Of a DNA stretch of 64,000 bases, positions 35,428 to 46,500 are shown piece by piece (position 1 is the stretch's first letter; the number at the start of each line of letters is the position of its first letter). The stretch is taken from contig VRVR01000040.1 of assembly GCA_009859145.1 (NCBI GenBank), positions 35,211 through 99,210 of the forward strand. Reading direction: 5' to 3'. A program made the position numbers and the translations under genes. This DNA is from Andalucia godoyi And28. Lineage: Eukaryota > Protista > Jakobida. The notes under the pieces were generated by a model, which was not told the DNA's origin, did not search any database, and saw nothing but the letters and a program-made list of their open reading frames with translations.

Positions 35428-36999
35428 ATGTCTCGAGCAATGTCGTCGAGCCGGACGTCGTCGAATGCATCAAGCAATGGAGCGGCGCCAAACATGTCGA
35501 TTTCCCGACCGCTGATCGAAGGTCTGGCGTCGAGCAAAGTATTTACAGATTATCAAGTTTCGACTCTGAATTCATCCGATGCGCTGGTTGCGTCGACCAA
35601 GCAGTTTGTGTTTGGAGCTGGGGGAAATGGTGCGGAAAAGTCAGTCAGTGTCATTGCGAAAGGGTCTCTGGAAGAAGCGGATGGACAGGCACTCGTGGGG
35701 CTCGTGGCAGAGCGCAGAACTGCTGAATCGCAGAAGATGAAAGGGCTGTTTAAGACGGTGTATCTCTCTCCTTGTGGAAGATCCGTGGTGTATCAAGCGT
35801 TCTCAGGAACTGTTCGGGTCATGGACTGCGAAGCAAAGGACAGGCAGCAAGATTTATTCGGCACTTCTCCAGACGCAACTCTCTTCGGATGTTTTTCGTC
35901 GAATGGAGAGTATTTTGCATGTGTGACGTCAACGACGATGCAGCTGGCGGTATTCAAGAGACAGACAGACGGGACTTTCGAAAACGTGTTTGCGTCAGGA
36001 TGCCCGCTGGACCCCGTGTCGGCGATTGCGTGTGAAACGACCGAGCACGACCACAGCTTGCTTGTTGCGCTTGCGGGAGGACGAGAGTTTTTGATTTTGG
36101 GAATTCGAAACCTGGGAAATGTGTCTGTCGAGCAGATCTGCGAACGACGATCTGCCGACAGCTCGTGCTCTGGATCCATCCGGAGCCTTGGGTTCGGACA
36201 CGAGGCCAAACTGCTTGCGATTATGATCGACAATGGGGGCATTGTATGGAATGTCCGGGACCAAATCAGGTTCTTCGAACTCGATCGTGGGGCGCCGTCA
36301 GCGCAGCAGTCTCCTGTCTCGAAGGCACATAACTTATCAGCACCGTATGTGCCATGCGCTTTCTCATCGGACGGATGGTATCTAGCAGCCGTCATTTCCG
36401 ATTCCAGGGTTTGCATCTGGACAGCAAACAACGGCGCATTCTCACGCATCTGTGATCACGGGAACGGATCCGTGGTATCCAGTGCACGGTTTCTGAATCA
36501 AACGGTGCAGCTGGTGACGACATTCAGAACCGTTGAAAACCAGGCAGATGGGCTTGGTCATCACAACAAGCTGAAAGTGTGGTCCGCGGACGACGGGTCC
36601 ACGTCTGCGCTCACTTCCCGATACCAAGCGACAGAGACAGATGCGGTTGTTTCCGCTGTTACGCTGTTGTGGGATTCTTCAGCAGTCGAATTGTGGCGTG
36701 TTTTCCGGGCTGCCGAGCAGGCAACCCTCACTCCCGAAACTCCTTGCTGCGTCTTGGCAAATTCAATCCTTCTCTTGGACGCTTCGCCGCTTCAGAAGAG
36801 CCATCATGAAGTGCGCGTGCATGTCTATCCTATCGAATCGACCAAGAATGTAATCAAAATGACGACAGACCGAGATGAGCTGCGCGATCAAGTTAAGAAA
36901 CTCGCGCAGCAGGCGCAACAACCGAATTTCGGTATCAAGGACATCCTTGTGGTCGTGTTGGCAATTGTTTTGTTCTACGTTTTGCTTGGGAAGAAGTAG
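35428..36999 (+). CDS. WD40/beta-propeller protein with C-terminal coiled coil and tail TM helix
   Basis: WD-like blades (LSPCGRSV, FSSNGEYFA, FSSDGWYLAAVISDSRVCIW); ends DILVVVLAIVLFYVLLGKK*. Confidence 0.75.
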   Translation: MSRAMSSSRTSSNASSNGAAPNMSISRPLIEGLASSKVFTDYQVSTLNSSDALVASTKQFVFGAGGNGAEKSVSVIAKGSLEEADGQALVGLVAERRTAESQKMKGLFKTVYLSPCGRSVVYQAFSGTVRVMDCEAKDRQQDLFGTSPDATLFGCFSSNGEYFACVTSTTMQLAVFKRQTDGTFENVFASGCPLDPVSAIACETTEHDHSLLVALAGGREFLILGIRNLGNVSVEQICERRSADSSCSGSIRSLGFGHEAKLLAIMIDNGGIVWNVRDQIRFFELDRGAPSAQQSPVSKAHNLSAPYVPCAFSSDGWYLAAVISDSRVCIWTANNGAFSRICDHGNGSVVSSARFLNQTVQLVTTFRTVENQADGLGHHNKLKVWSADDGSTSALTSRYQATETDAVVSAVTLLWDSSAVELWRVFRAAEQATLTPETPCCVLANSILLLDASPLQKSHHEVRVHVYPIESTKNVIKMTTDRDELRDQVKKLAQQAQQPNFGIKDILVVVLAIVLFYVLLGKK

Positions 37000-37416
37000 A
37001 GGCGGTGGAGTTTTGCAAAATCGGAAAAAAGGCACTGTTGTTTGCTACTTCACGAGTGAATAAATGGGGAATCAGAAGAAAGAGACTTGCATGGGTCATC
37101 ATCCGGTTTTCAGGGCGTGTGGTCACTGCGCAAGATTCCTCCTGGACTTCATGTTCACCATTCCGCTTTTTGTTTTTAATTATCCCCTGCAATTCAGCAT
37201 TCGCATCAAAGGAAACACACATCTCTGCGCAACGGATGAAGATCTTCTCTTCTGAGAATCAATAATAGAAAATAGAAAATAGAAAATAGAAAATAGAAAT
37301 TCAAATTAAAAAAATTTAATTTAAAAATAATAAAGAAGAGAAAGGAGGGAGGGAAGGGGGGGGAAAGGAAGGAAGAATCATGAGCAAAAACAAAAGAAAT
37401 CTCTCGTGTCATCTTT

Positions 37417-40311
37417 TTAAGCAGACAGCTTCAGCTTCGCGAACTGCTCGGCGGCGTCCAAAATCGGATTGACGGCGTCACAGGAAGCGGAGCCTTGTGC
37501 CTGGTCATCCTTTCCACCGCCACGACCACCAACGGTCTGCACAGATCCCGCAACCCATTCCTTTGCAGAAATTCCGGCAGTCTTGACATCAGACACCGAG
37601 GCAACGACCGTGCACTTTGCCTCCGCACCTGCCTTGGATACAACCAAGATGGGGACCGAGGATTTCTTGCGGAACGCATCGATCGCAGCGGTAAGATTCT
37701 TGCCGTCTCCATCCGCCTCGGGAATCGAGGCAATCACAAATTTTTGTCCGGATTCTTCAACCTGCTTGGCAGCAGTCTCGGCCCATTCAACAATAGCCTT
37801 CTTGCGCTGCTGCGCGAGTTGCTGTGCAGCATCCTTTAGTTTCTTTGACACATTCTCCAGGATACTCTCGATCTGAACCTTGAACGAGACCGGGATGAGA
37901 GACTTGCGGACAACATCCTGAAGAGCAGTGAAACGCCGTTGAAGCGACTCGTCTGCTGCAGGAGTGTTGTTCAGCAAGTTGGCCTCTTCCAAAAGGGAAT
38001 TGGCACGAACAAACGCTTCCTGCGCAGCTTCACGAGTCAAGGCAAGAATACGTCGGATTCCCTTTGCAATTCCTTCTTCTGAAACAATCGCAAATTCGAT
38101 GGCCTGGCCTGATTTGGTTAAATGAGTACCACCGCAAAGTTCGATCGAATATGCGAACCACTTCTCATCGGCAGATGCAGCAAGAACGTCATCCAAATCC
38201 GCACCAACGGAAAGAACACGCACCGGGTCTGGGTATGTCTCGCCGAACACTGCGCGGAGTGCGCCAATGGACTGCGCAGTCTTCAGCGGAATTACACGAG
38301 CAGACACTGGCACATTGAGACGAACTACTTCACGGCAGATGTTCTCGATTTCGACCAGCTTCTCGGCTGGAACAGGTCCATTGTGGTTGAAATCAAAGCG
38401 AAGTTTGCTCGGGTCCACAAGAGATCCTTTTTGATCAATGGAGTTTCCAAGGATCTTTCGGAGGGCAAAGTTGAGAACATGCGTTGATGAATGGTTAGCA
38501 GCCGTATTTCTGCGCCTGTCATAGTCAACACGGAGCGAAACGCGGCTGCCCACAGAAAGGCTTCCGTTTTCGACGACACCAACATGGACGACGAATCCGG
38601 CATAGGATTGCGAATCCTGAACCTGGAATTCGGGAATATCTGCATCTTTTCCGGATGATTCATTCAACATGGCACGGATCACACCGGTATCTCCAACTTG
38701 TCCACCAGACTCGGCATAAAAGTTGGACTGCGCACAAATCACCCCGTACTTGGTGCCCTCCTTGGCCTCTTGGACAAACTCACGGCCATCGAAGATTGCA
38801 ACAATCGTCGATTCGATATCCTCCCAGACATACTTGAACTCGTCGTTGGTGGGAGCAAGACGAAGCTTGTTCAACAAAGCGTCCGTCTGCTCAGCCTGGA
38901 GCACAAGGCGCGTGCTTTCGTTCTCGCCCTTCTTCTGCGCAGTACGAGAGCGATTACGGGCTTCTTCCAGTGCGGATTGAAACCCTCTGACATCAACAGA
39001 CAAGCCGGCTTCGTTTGCCATGATGACCGTCAAATCGATGGGGAAGCCCCATGACTGATACAGAACAAACGCCAAATCCGCAGGGAAGACAGTCTCTTTC
39101 TTCTCCTTGAGATCGGCCGCAGCCTTGGCAAAAAGGGCCTCGCCACGATCCAACGTGCGGTTGAACTGGCGCTCCTCGTCATCAATGACGTCATAGATCG
39201 TGTTGCGGTGAGCAACAAGCTCTGGGAAGAAGCCACCCATCTTGTTCACAAGGGCGTCAACAAGGGTGGTGAAGAACCCACGAGGCGCATTCAGTTTCTG
39301 GCGGCCATATCGCACACCACGACGCAAAACTCTTCGAAGGACATATCCGCGCCCATCATTCGATGGAACACAGCCATCAGCAATCGCAAATGACAAGGTT
39401 CGGATGTGATCGGCAATGACACGATATGCAGTATCCACAAAGTCTGTGTCGTTTGCACCAACCTTGCCCTCATATGGTCTCGCTCCCGTTGCCTTCTGGA
39501 TGGCATCGAACAGCGCCTGGAACATATCTGTGTCGTAGTTGGAAGTCTTGTTCTGCAAAATCGATGTGATCCGCTCAAGCCCCATACCGGTGTCCACATG
39601 CTTGGCAGGCAGGGTGCGGAGAGATCCGTCGGTTTCTCTGTTGAACTGGATAAAAACGTTATTCCAGATCTCGATAACCATAGGGTCATCAAAGTTGACA
39701 AGATGGGCTGCATTGCGTCCACCGAGTCGATCATAGTGGATTTCAGAACACGGGCCACAAGGACCGGTTTCGCCCATCTCCCAGAAGTTCTCCTTCATTC
39801 CAAATGGAAGAACGCGCTCGGTCGGCAAGTATCGCAACCAGATCTGGCGGGCTTCTTCGTCGGCAGGAAGTCCCGTCTTTGTATCTCCTCCAAAGTACGA
39901 TGCATACAGACGCTCGGGATCGAGGCCGTAAACCTTGGTAAGCAATTCCCAAGCCCACTCAATTGCTTCGGACTTGAAATAGTCTCCAAATGACCAGTTT
40001 CCAAGCATCTCAAAGAACGTATGGTGGTACGTATCCTTACCCACATCATCCAAATCATTGTGTTTACCTCCAGCGCGAATGCATTTTTGAGAATTGGCAG
40101 CGCGCTTCAAAGGAGCAAGCGGGGATGCCGGATCCACCTGGCCCAAGAAAATAGGCTTGAACTGGTTCATCCCGGCATTTGTAAACAGCAGAGTCGGATC
40201 AGCATGGGGAACAACCGCAGACGACGGCCAGTACACGTGACCTTTCGACACAAAAAAGTCGATAAACGTCTTGCGAACTCGGTCAATCGGCCAATCAGAA
40301 GCAGCAGACAT
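37417..40311 (-). CDS. AARS1: Alanyl-tRNA synthetase, eukaryotic cytosolic type
   Basis: DPTLLFTNAGMNQFKP, TYHHTFFEMLGNWSFGDYFK, HVDTGMGLERI, editing motifs NHSSTH and ELCGGTH, C-terminal GGRGGGKDDQAQG. ATG at 40311. Confidence 0.98.
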   Translation of the reverse strand: MSAASDWPIDRVRKTFIDFFVSKGHVYWPSSAVVPHADPTLLFTNAGMNQFKPIFLGQVDPASPLAPLKRAANSQKCIRAGGKHNDLDDVGKDTYHHTFFEMLGNWSFGDYFKSEAIEWAWELLTKVYGLDPERLYASYFGGDTKTGLPADEEARQIWLRYLPTERVLPFGMKENFWEMGETGPCGPCSEIHYDRLGGRNAAHLVNFDDPMVIEIWNNVFIQFNRETDGSLRTLPAKHVDTGMGLERITSILQNKTSNYDTDMFQALFDAIQKATGARPYEGKVGANDTDFVDTAYRVIADHIRTLSFAIADGCVPSNDGRGYVLRRVLRRGVRYGRQKLNAPRGFFTTLVDALVNKMGGFFPELVAHRNTIYDVIDDEERQFNRTLDRGEALFAKAAADLKEKKETVFPADLAFVLYQSWGFPIDLTVIMANEAGLSVDVRGFQSALEEARNRSRTAQKKGENESTRLVLQAEQTDALLNKLRLAPTNDEFKYVWEDIESTIVAIFDGREFVQEAKEGTKYGVICAQSNFYAESGGQVGDTGVIRAMLNESSGKDADIPEFQVQDSQSYAGFVVHVGVVENGSLSVGSRVSLRVDYDRRRNTAANHSSTHVLNFALRKILGNSIDQKGSLVDPSKLRFDFNHNGPVPAEKLVEIENICREVVRLNVPVSARVIPLKTAQSIGALRAVFGETYPDPVRVLSVGADLDDVLAASADEKWFAYSIELCGGTHLTKSGQAIEFAIVSEEGIAKGIRRILALTREAAQEAFVRANSLLEEANLLNNTPAADESLQRRFTALQDVVRKSLIPVSFKVQIESILENVSKKLKDAAQQLAQQRKKAIVEWAETAAKQVEESGQKFVIASIPEADGDGKNLTAAIDAFRKKSSVPILVVSKAGAEAKCTVVASVSDVKTAGISAKEWVAGSVQTVGGRGGGKDDQAQGSASCDAVNPILDAAEQFAKLKLSA

Positions 40312-40975
40312 TTTGACAATCGAGAACTGCCCTCCCAAAAAATGAAACAAACACGCAGAATAATTATTTAAAAGAAGGCGGGGAGAGGGAGGGGGGAAAT
40401 ATATAAAAAAACTTAAAGATTTTATTAGAAAAACCCTCAATATAACAACAAAATACGAGACAAAAATCAGTAATGAAAAGTATACCAAAAAGGTTTTGCG
40501 AGTGCGTTGGCGAACTTATGCGAGGTCAGGGTCGACCCAATTCACGCAATGACATTGGAAGATGGAAAAATGACATGACACGCAGACCGGGGTTTTCGCG
40601 GATGCAGATGTCTGCGGGTCTCCACGAGTGCCCTTCACGGTTAGAGAAGCAGACCTGCTGTAGAAGCTGTCTTTGAGATTCTACGACGGGCATACTGACG
40701 CCGAGATTTGGGGAATAATTCCCGCGTTTCCACATTCAAAACAGAGTTCCAACTTCCACCAATCTCTTAATCTCTTAATCCGGTTTATTTTCTTCTTCTT
40801 ACTATCTCCTTCTCTTCGTTTCCTTTGCCTTTTTTTTTGTTTTTTGTTTTTGTTTTCGTTTTCATTTTATGTGTGGTTTCTTTTTTTTCTTCCTGGGATT
40901 CACACGCATTCATTTCCTTCCTCTTTGTCTGTCTGTGTCGTTCGTTTGATCTTTGTTGGTTTGCTTGTGGTGGTG

Positions 40976-42409
40976 ATGGAGAGGCCTCTTCAGCGAGTGT
41001 TGTTCTTTGACCCCGAGGCTGATCTGTACTTTTCTAATCTCTCTCCGCTTCGAAAGAGGTTCGCCGCTGCGAGTCCGAGTGCAGGCCAAGACGCATGTTC
41101 CCTGTCCTCTGACTCGCCGCATTCATCGATCCCTCCTCCTCCAACGACAACAACCGCAACGACGACAACGACGACAACGACAACGACGCTGCAGCAGTTG
41201 CCTTCCACAGACCACAATCCACCCTTTTCACCGACAAACGGTCCTTCGAACTTGCCTTCTCCTTCTCCTTCTCCTTCTCCTTCTCCGTCGCTTACACTGT
41301 CAAGCCGCGGGAATAGGATCGGCAACGAGAGTGGCACACAGATGATGGCTGTTGACGAGTCGCTTTCGCCTACTGCGTCATCGGACCTCTCCGTCGATGC
41401 TTCGATCAACTCGGAAGACCTTGAAGTCGTGATTTCAAGAGCAAAGGACAGGGTGTCGGAATCCAGTCTCGCAGGCTCAGAGTTGTCGGATGTGGCTATG
41501 GAGGACTCGGCTGCAGTGTTTTCGTCCCTGCATGGCGGAATCGGGAGTATTGGACTCGCTGATCGATCCTTTGAATGGGATTCCCATCATTTTGAGCCCA
41601 TGGCGCTTTCTCACCACCACCACCAGCATCATCACCATCATCATCACCAACATCATCCTCGTCATCATGGTGTTCATCCTCGTCATGGACATGGTCACGG
41701 TCATGTGCATAGTCCTGCATTTGATACGCTCCCTACCGCAGAAGAGTATCCCGTGCAAGGAAGCCATAGTGGCATCAATGCCATCCGCAACATCACTGAT
41801 GGTAGGAGTAGCAGAAATGATAGAGGAGACAGCAAGGATGGGAGCAGGGCGATCCGTCCGTTGAGTGGGAATCTGTCATTTGGAGCATCTGCGAGCAACA
41901 CACCGTGTTTCATGGGCTCTGCTGTCTCCAGTCTTCCGCACTCACTGTGTTCGTTTTCAGTCGGCTCTGTCTCTCCTAAATTTCAATATACTGCGAAAAG
42001 CACGACGGATGATTTGGAAATGAAGGATGTTTCGGCCGGAGATCTGTTTGTGCAAGGAAAACCTTTGAGCACCGCATCATTTGCAGGTTCAAGCTCCAGT
42101 TCAAACAGTGCGAGCATGTTTGATTTATGGGTTCCAAGTGCAATGCCCAAGACCACGTCGCCGTCGTGGGATACGCAAACAAGAGCGTCTTCAGAAGACA
42201 GCAACAACACACAAGTCGTGGAGGGGCTTGTTGACGATGTGGTTGCTTCGTTTTTGTCTGCGTCGTTTTCCACGCACTCGGTATGTAGAAGGAACCAGAA
42301 GCGCAAGGATTTCCCTTCCTTAGACGATGGAACTGAGGAGGACCCTGTTGTCCGTTACCTAAAACAGAAAATTCGTCATGTAGAAGAACAATTGAATGGA
42401 ATCAATTGA
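40976..42409 (+). CDS. Hypothetical Ser/His/Thr-rich low-complexity protein, ~477 aa
   Basis: Long ORF; probable start MERPLQRVLFF at 40976 after a pyrimidine-rich leader. Confidence 0.65.
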   Translation: MERPLQRVLFFDPEADLYFSNLSPLRKRFAAASPSAGQDACSLSSDSPHSSIPPPPTTTTATTTTTTTTTTLQQLPSTDHNPPFSPTNGPSNLPSPSPSPSPSPSLTLSSRGNRIGNESGTQMMAVDESLSPTASSDLSVDASINSEDLEVVISRAKDRVSESSLAGSELSDVAMEDSAAVFSSLHGGIGSIGLADRSFEWDSHHFEPMALSHHHHQHHHHHHHQHHPRHHGVHPRHGHGHGHVHSPAFDTLPTAEEYPVQGSHSGINAIRNITDGRSSRNDRGDSKDGSRAIRPLSGNLSFGASASNTPCFMGSAVSSLPHSLCSFSVGSVSPKFQYTAKSTTDDLEMKDVSAGDLFVQGKPLSTASFAGSSSSSNSASMFDLWVPSAMPKTTSPSWDTQTRASSEDSNNTQVVEGLVDDVVASFLSASFSTHSVCRRNQKRKDFPSLDDGTEEDPVVRYLKQKIRHVEEQLNGIN

Positions 42410-42801
42410 CGGCATCTGCAAAAGAGTTTGTCAAGAGAGTCTCGGGAGACGGAAGTTTTTAGAGACTCGTATTGTTAGAAACCCCACCCGCCTCAGTTTT
42501 TTCTCTTTTTTTTTAAAAAGAAAAAAGAAAAAATTCTGTTGGACATCCTCGTGGTGAAAATGAGGACGATCGATCGAACAGTTGCTGATTCAGTCATCGC
42601 GGGATCGTGTATATTTGTTCATGTATTCGTGTATGTGATGCATGCATCCATTTGTATATAGGAAAGAAAGATATAAAATACAGTTCGTTTGCATGAATAC
42701 GTGCGGTCCATGTCCATGTTCACGCTCCTGTTTCAGCCCAAGAGACAAATGGCTCAAATAATGGGAGGCGGGGGCGAGGGAACATCGCTGATCACCCATA
42801 A

Positions 42802-43231
42802 TCAATGTTGCAACGCAACAACATGCATAGCATGATTGGGAAGGGGGTAGGCCGCAACACGCCCCTCGGCGTGAGAGACGTTCCCAAGATAGATATGGAT
42901 GTTGCGCGCGCCGTTCCAATCGCGGTCGACCATGCATTTTGCACGACGGGCAACAAAACACGCCTTGCTTCCACACAACTTGCGATGGATTTCCCCCCGC
43001 AACGGCGACACGCTTTAGATGTCCACTCCTCCGTCACAAGTCACAATCGACACCTGCCGCCCCGCGAATTCGCAGAACTGATCTCTGGCTTGTCGACGGG
43101 TGCATCTTCACTTTCGCTGCTCTCGCCGCGGGCTCTTTGCGTCAGTTTTCGGCGCTGTGCTGTCCGTTGTGGCGGGCAACGAAGCAGGTGGTGATGGTAA
43201 GAAGATCGTCTGCGAGGCAGCGCATGCGACG
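42802..43231 (-). pseudogene. Frameshifted Fanzor2 / IS607-TnpB-like nuclease relic
   Basis: Fragments across three frames: RRMRCLADDLLTITTCFVARHN (43231-43166), [25 protein letters not shown] (from 43037), [17 protein letters not shown] (42958-42938), [12 protein letters not shown] (DRD..NI at 42927-42898). Together these give RuvC-II E, a CxxC...CxxC ribbon and RuvC-III D. Confidence 0.85.
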
Positions 43232-43570
43232 GGACCCCGGCGTGGATGCTGCGGATCGTTCTGGCGGTGGTGGAGATTGTCACAACTCGTGCGCAGCGTT
43301 GCGGGCGTGACGTACATGGTGCGTTGCATGGACAATAAGAATAAAGAAATGAAATGAGCGTCGCTGTGCGAGAATGCCACGCGGCGGCGTGTGTTATAGG
43401 GATTTCATGATCAAAAATGTGGGGCGAAACGAATGAGGGCATTGTGTGACGGAGTTGCCAAGATAGCAAACGCATGGCGCGTGGCGCGTGGCAGTGTTTT
43501 TGTTTTTACGTGTGCTTTAGACTGCTTCATCATATCGCAATAAGTGGCAGCGGCACGCATGCTTCTGCGA

Positions 43571-46500
43571 TCAGCTCGACTTGACTTCAGGAGTATCAAA
43601 CGTAATTCGCTTCTTGGGCGGAGACTGCGTGGTGCCGGACACTCGATGGGCGGATCGTAGCTCGGGGATTGTCAACGGTTGGGGGGAGCTGACAGGTCGG
43701 CGAGGTGGAGAAGGTCGCTCATTCGGACCTGGTGATTTGCGAGAGGTTGGAGAAGTCGACAGAATCTTCGAATTTGGAGACCGCAACGGCGGGGAACTCG
43801 ACAGCTGTTTGGAAACGCGAATCGGCGATGCTCCTTTCGATGAACTTGCAATAGAACGGGAGGTCGACATAGAACGGACCCGTTCTCGAAATCCAGCGAG
43901 TTCTGCATCGTAGTATCGTTTGAGAACAGAGAGATCCGTCACATTGGACTTGTGGTCAAACGGAATCGGAGACTTGGACTTCTGTTGATTCGGAGATCGA
44001 GATCGTCCTGCACTGGAGGAAGAGAGCAGAGGAGGAGATGTGGAACGGCGATGCGCCCGTTCCTCGGTGCCAACCGCCCGGTACAAGTCCGTTAACGACA
44101 CATTCTGCAACATTGACCTGTTTGCATCCTCCTGCTGGGAAACATAATATGATGCAGAAGAGTTTGTAGCATCGACTGCGGATTTTTCAAAAAGGCGGGA
44201 TTCCGCGCCATTGCTGTCGGATCCAGACTCGCTGGCGGACATGCGATTGAATCTAGATGTCGACTGGGGCTCTTCCTTCCTATCGTCAGCTGCAATCAAA
44301 GGTGGAGACGGGCTGTGCGATTCAGAGGCATTTGGAGACTGGTTTCGGTCGTATTCCCAGGAAGCAACAACTCGGCGCGACTCTTGCGTGTCTCGAGTCC
44401 GCGAGTAGGTTGGCTCTTGTCGGGAGAAAATGCTTGTGCGAGGTGGGGATCCAGTGCCAATCGCATGTTTTGCTGATGGAGCACGGCCAACAGGAGAATC
44501 CGCTGAATCGCTCAAGGTCGTCCTGTCCAGACGATCGCGCAAATGTGCGTCCATCGAACGTCGAGAGAGCTCTGTCGTCAACTCTGCGGCTCGCTGTTCC
44601 AACTCTGCAATGCGTGCCTCTGCTTCATTCCGCTTCTCGCGTTCCGAATGAAGAGAGTCGCGAAGAACTTCAAGCACCGCCATTTGCTCATTGCCCAAAT
44701 CTTCAGTCTCCCGGAAGGAACTCTGCAGACGTTTTTCCAGCTTTCCAAGCTTCTTCTCGGCTTCTTCACGACGCTTCTGCTCCCTTTCAAGCGTTTTCTT
44801 GAGCCGATCCGTCTCCAGTTGCGCTGCTTGCTTCTCGGTGCCCAACTCCAGACGCGCTCGAAGGTCAGCATCCAGCTTTTTCCTCGCTTTCTGCAACTCG
44901 GCTTCAAGACGAGCACGTTGATCTTCAGCCTCCTTCTTTTCTTCTTGAAGCTTCCGGGAGACGTCTTCAAGACGCTGGCGCTCCTTCTCAGAATCACGGC
45001 GCATGTTCTTCATCTCTCGACGAAGCTTCGTTCCTTCTTCAAAAAACCCGTCCTTCTCCTTCATGCGAGAAGCATTCTCTTCCTCCAACTGCGCAACTCG
45101 CCGATTCCACTCTTGGCGCTCTTGCTCAACACTCTGTTTGAGTGCGTTGACTTGTCGACCCCACTCACTTTCTTTGCCTTCAATAAGGGAAAGCTGGCGC
45201 TCCATCTGCGACGTGAGCTCAGCGCAGCGCACCTCATTTTCCTGCGCCGCCTTTCTGATCTCTGCATTTTCGCGGATCAGCTGTTCATGACGGACAGCCG
45301 CCGCGTGAAGCTCGGACTGATACTTGTCAGAGACCGCACGAACTGCATCCTCCCTGTCCTTGTTCGCCTGTACGAGAGCGTCTCGATGCTGCTCAATAAT
45401 CATGTTCAAATCATCCATTCGGCCCTTCATGTCCTGCAGTGAACCCTCGGTGCGCTCCTGCACATGTTTGAGGCGGCTTCGAGCGTCCTTCTCGCGACTC
45501 TGCGCGTCAACTAGCTCGCGCTGCAGATTTTCGTTACGGATGTTCGCGTCCGCAAGACTGGTACCTTGCTGTTTCACGAGTTGCCGCAAGCCGTCCTCTG
45601 TTGACCGTGTGTTCTCAAGAATGGACTCCAACTCAGCCAATCGATCCTTCATGGTCCGGACGCGGCGCTCATTTTCGTTGGACGACATGTCCCCTTGGTC
45701 AATGCGGGATTTCAAGAGTTCCAGCTGTCGTCTGTGAGCCTCCTCCAGCATTTTCATCTTGAGCTCTGCTTCCCGCTCTGTGCGGTCGATCTCCCGTTTG
45801 GCCGACTGCGACAGCACGGTAGCGTCATGTGCTTGCCGCTTCAAGGCGTCCACCTCCCCGAGAAGCTCCAGCTCGCGTTGCCGAAAACTCTTCTTTAATT
45901 TGAGTTCGGTGGATTCCAGTTGGGCACTCATATTGTCCAACCGGGTTTCAAAGTCGCGACAATTCGAGACCAGCTTTTCATTCTCCGCTTGCACAGTCTC
46001 TGAAATTCGACGTTCAGAGTGAAGTTTGTCTGTTAAATCGGTCCTTGCACGACGCAGCTCGTCCGCTTCAGCTTGGAAGGCAGACATGCGTCCTGTCACG
46101 TCCTGGAGTCTCAGTTCCCACGTGTGGCTCAGGGAAGCAATCTGCTCGGCTCTCTCTCGCTGAGCCTTTTCGAGATCCGTGTTGACCCGATCCATGATCG
46201 ATTGCAAACGCGCAATTTCAGCCTCGCGGTCCGTAAGCAAGTCTCGCATGTCCTCCAGACCCTTGAGATGCCTGCGTTTTTCTTCCTCCATCACTGTCTT
46301 GTGCTTGGCGAGCAGCTGGTGCAGCTGAGAAATCTCATACTCCTTGTCCCTTTGAAAGTCTCGAAACAGCACTTCTTGGTCGATGAGCTGCGACCGATAC
46401 CGTTCAACATCCTGCCTCTCTGCATCGCTCGTGTGAGACTTGCGGGACAGATTCAAAATCACGGAGCTCACGTCGGTCACCGGCTTGTTGTTACTGGCAT

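Noticed and set aside
40312-40488. Open frame upstream of the AlaRS ATG as a non-AUG mitochondrial presequence (as in yeast ALA1)
   Set aside because: The sequence is AT-rich, hydrophobic and Arg-poor, and looks like a 5'UTR intron (GTATAC...GGGCAG) with an in-frame stop in the upstream exon.
43225-43245. Plus-strand 'RRDPGV' resembling the TnpB RuvC-I DPG motif
   Set aside because: It is on the opposite strand to all other Fanzor2 motifs and overlaps a better-matching minus-strand helix; considered coincidental.
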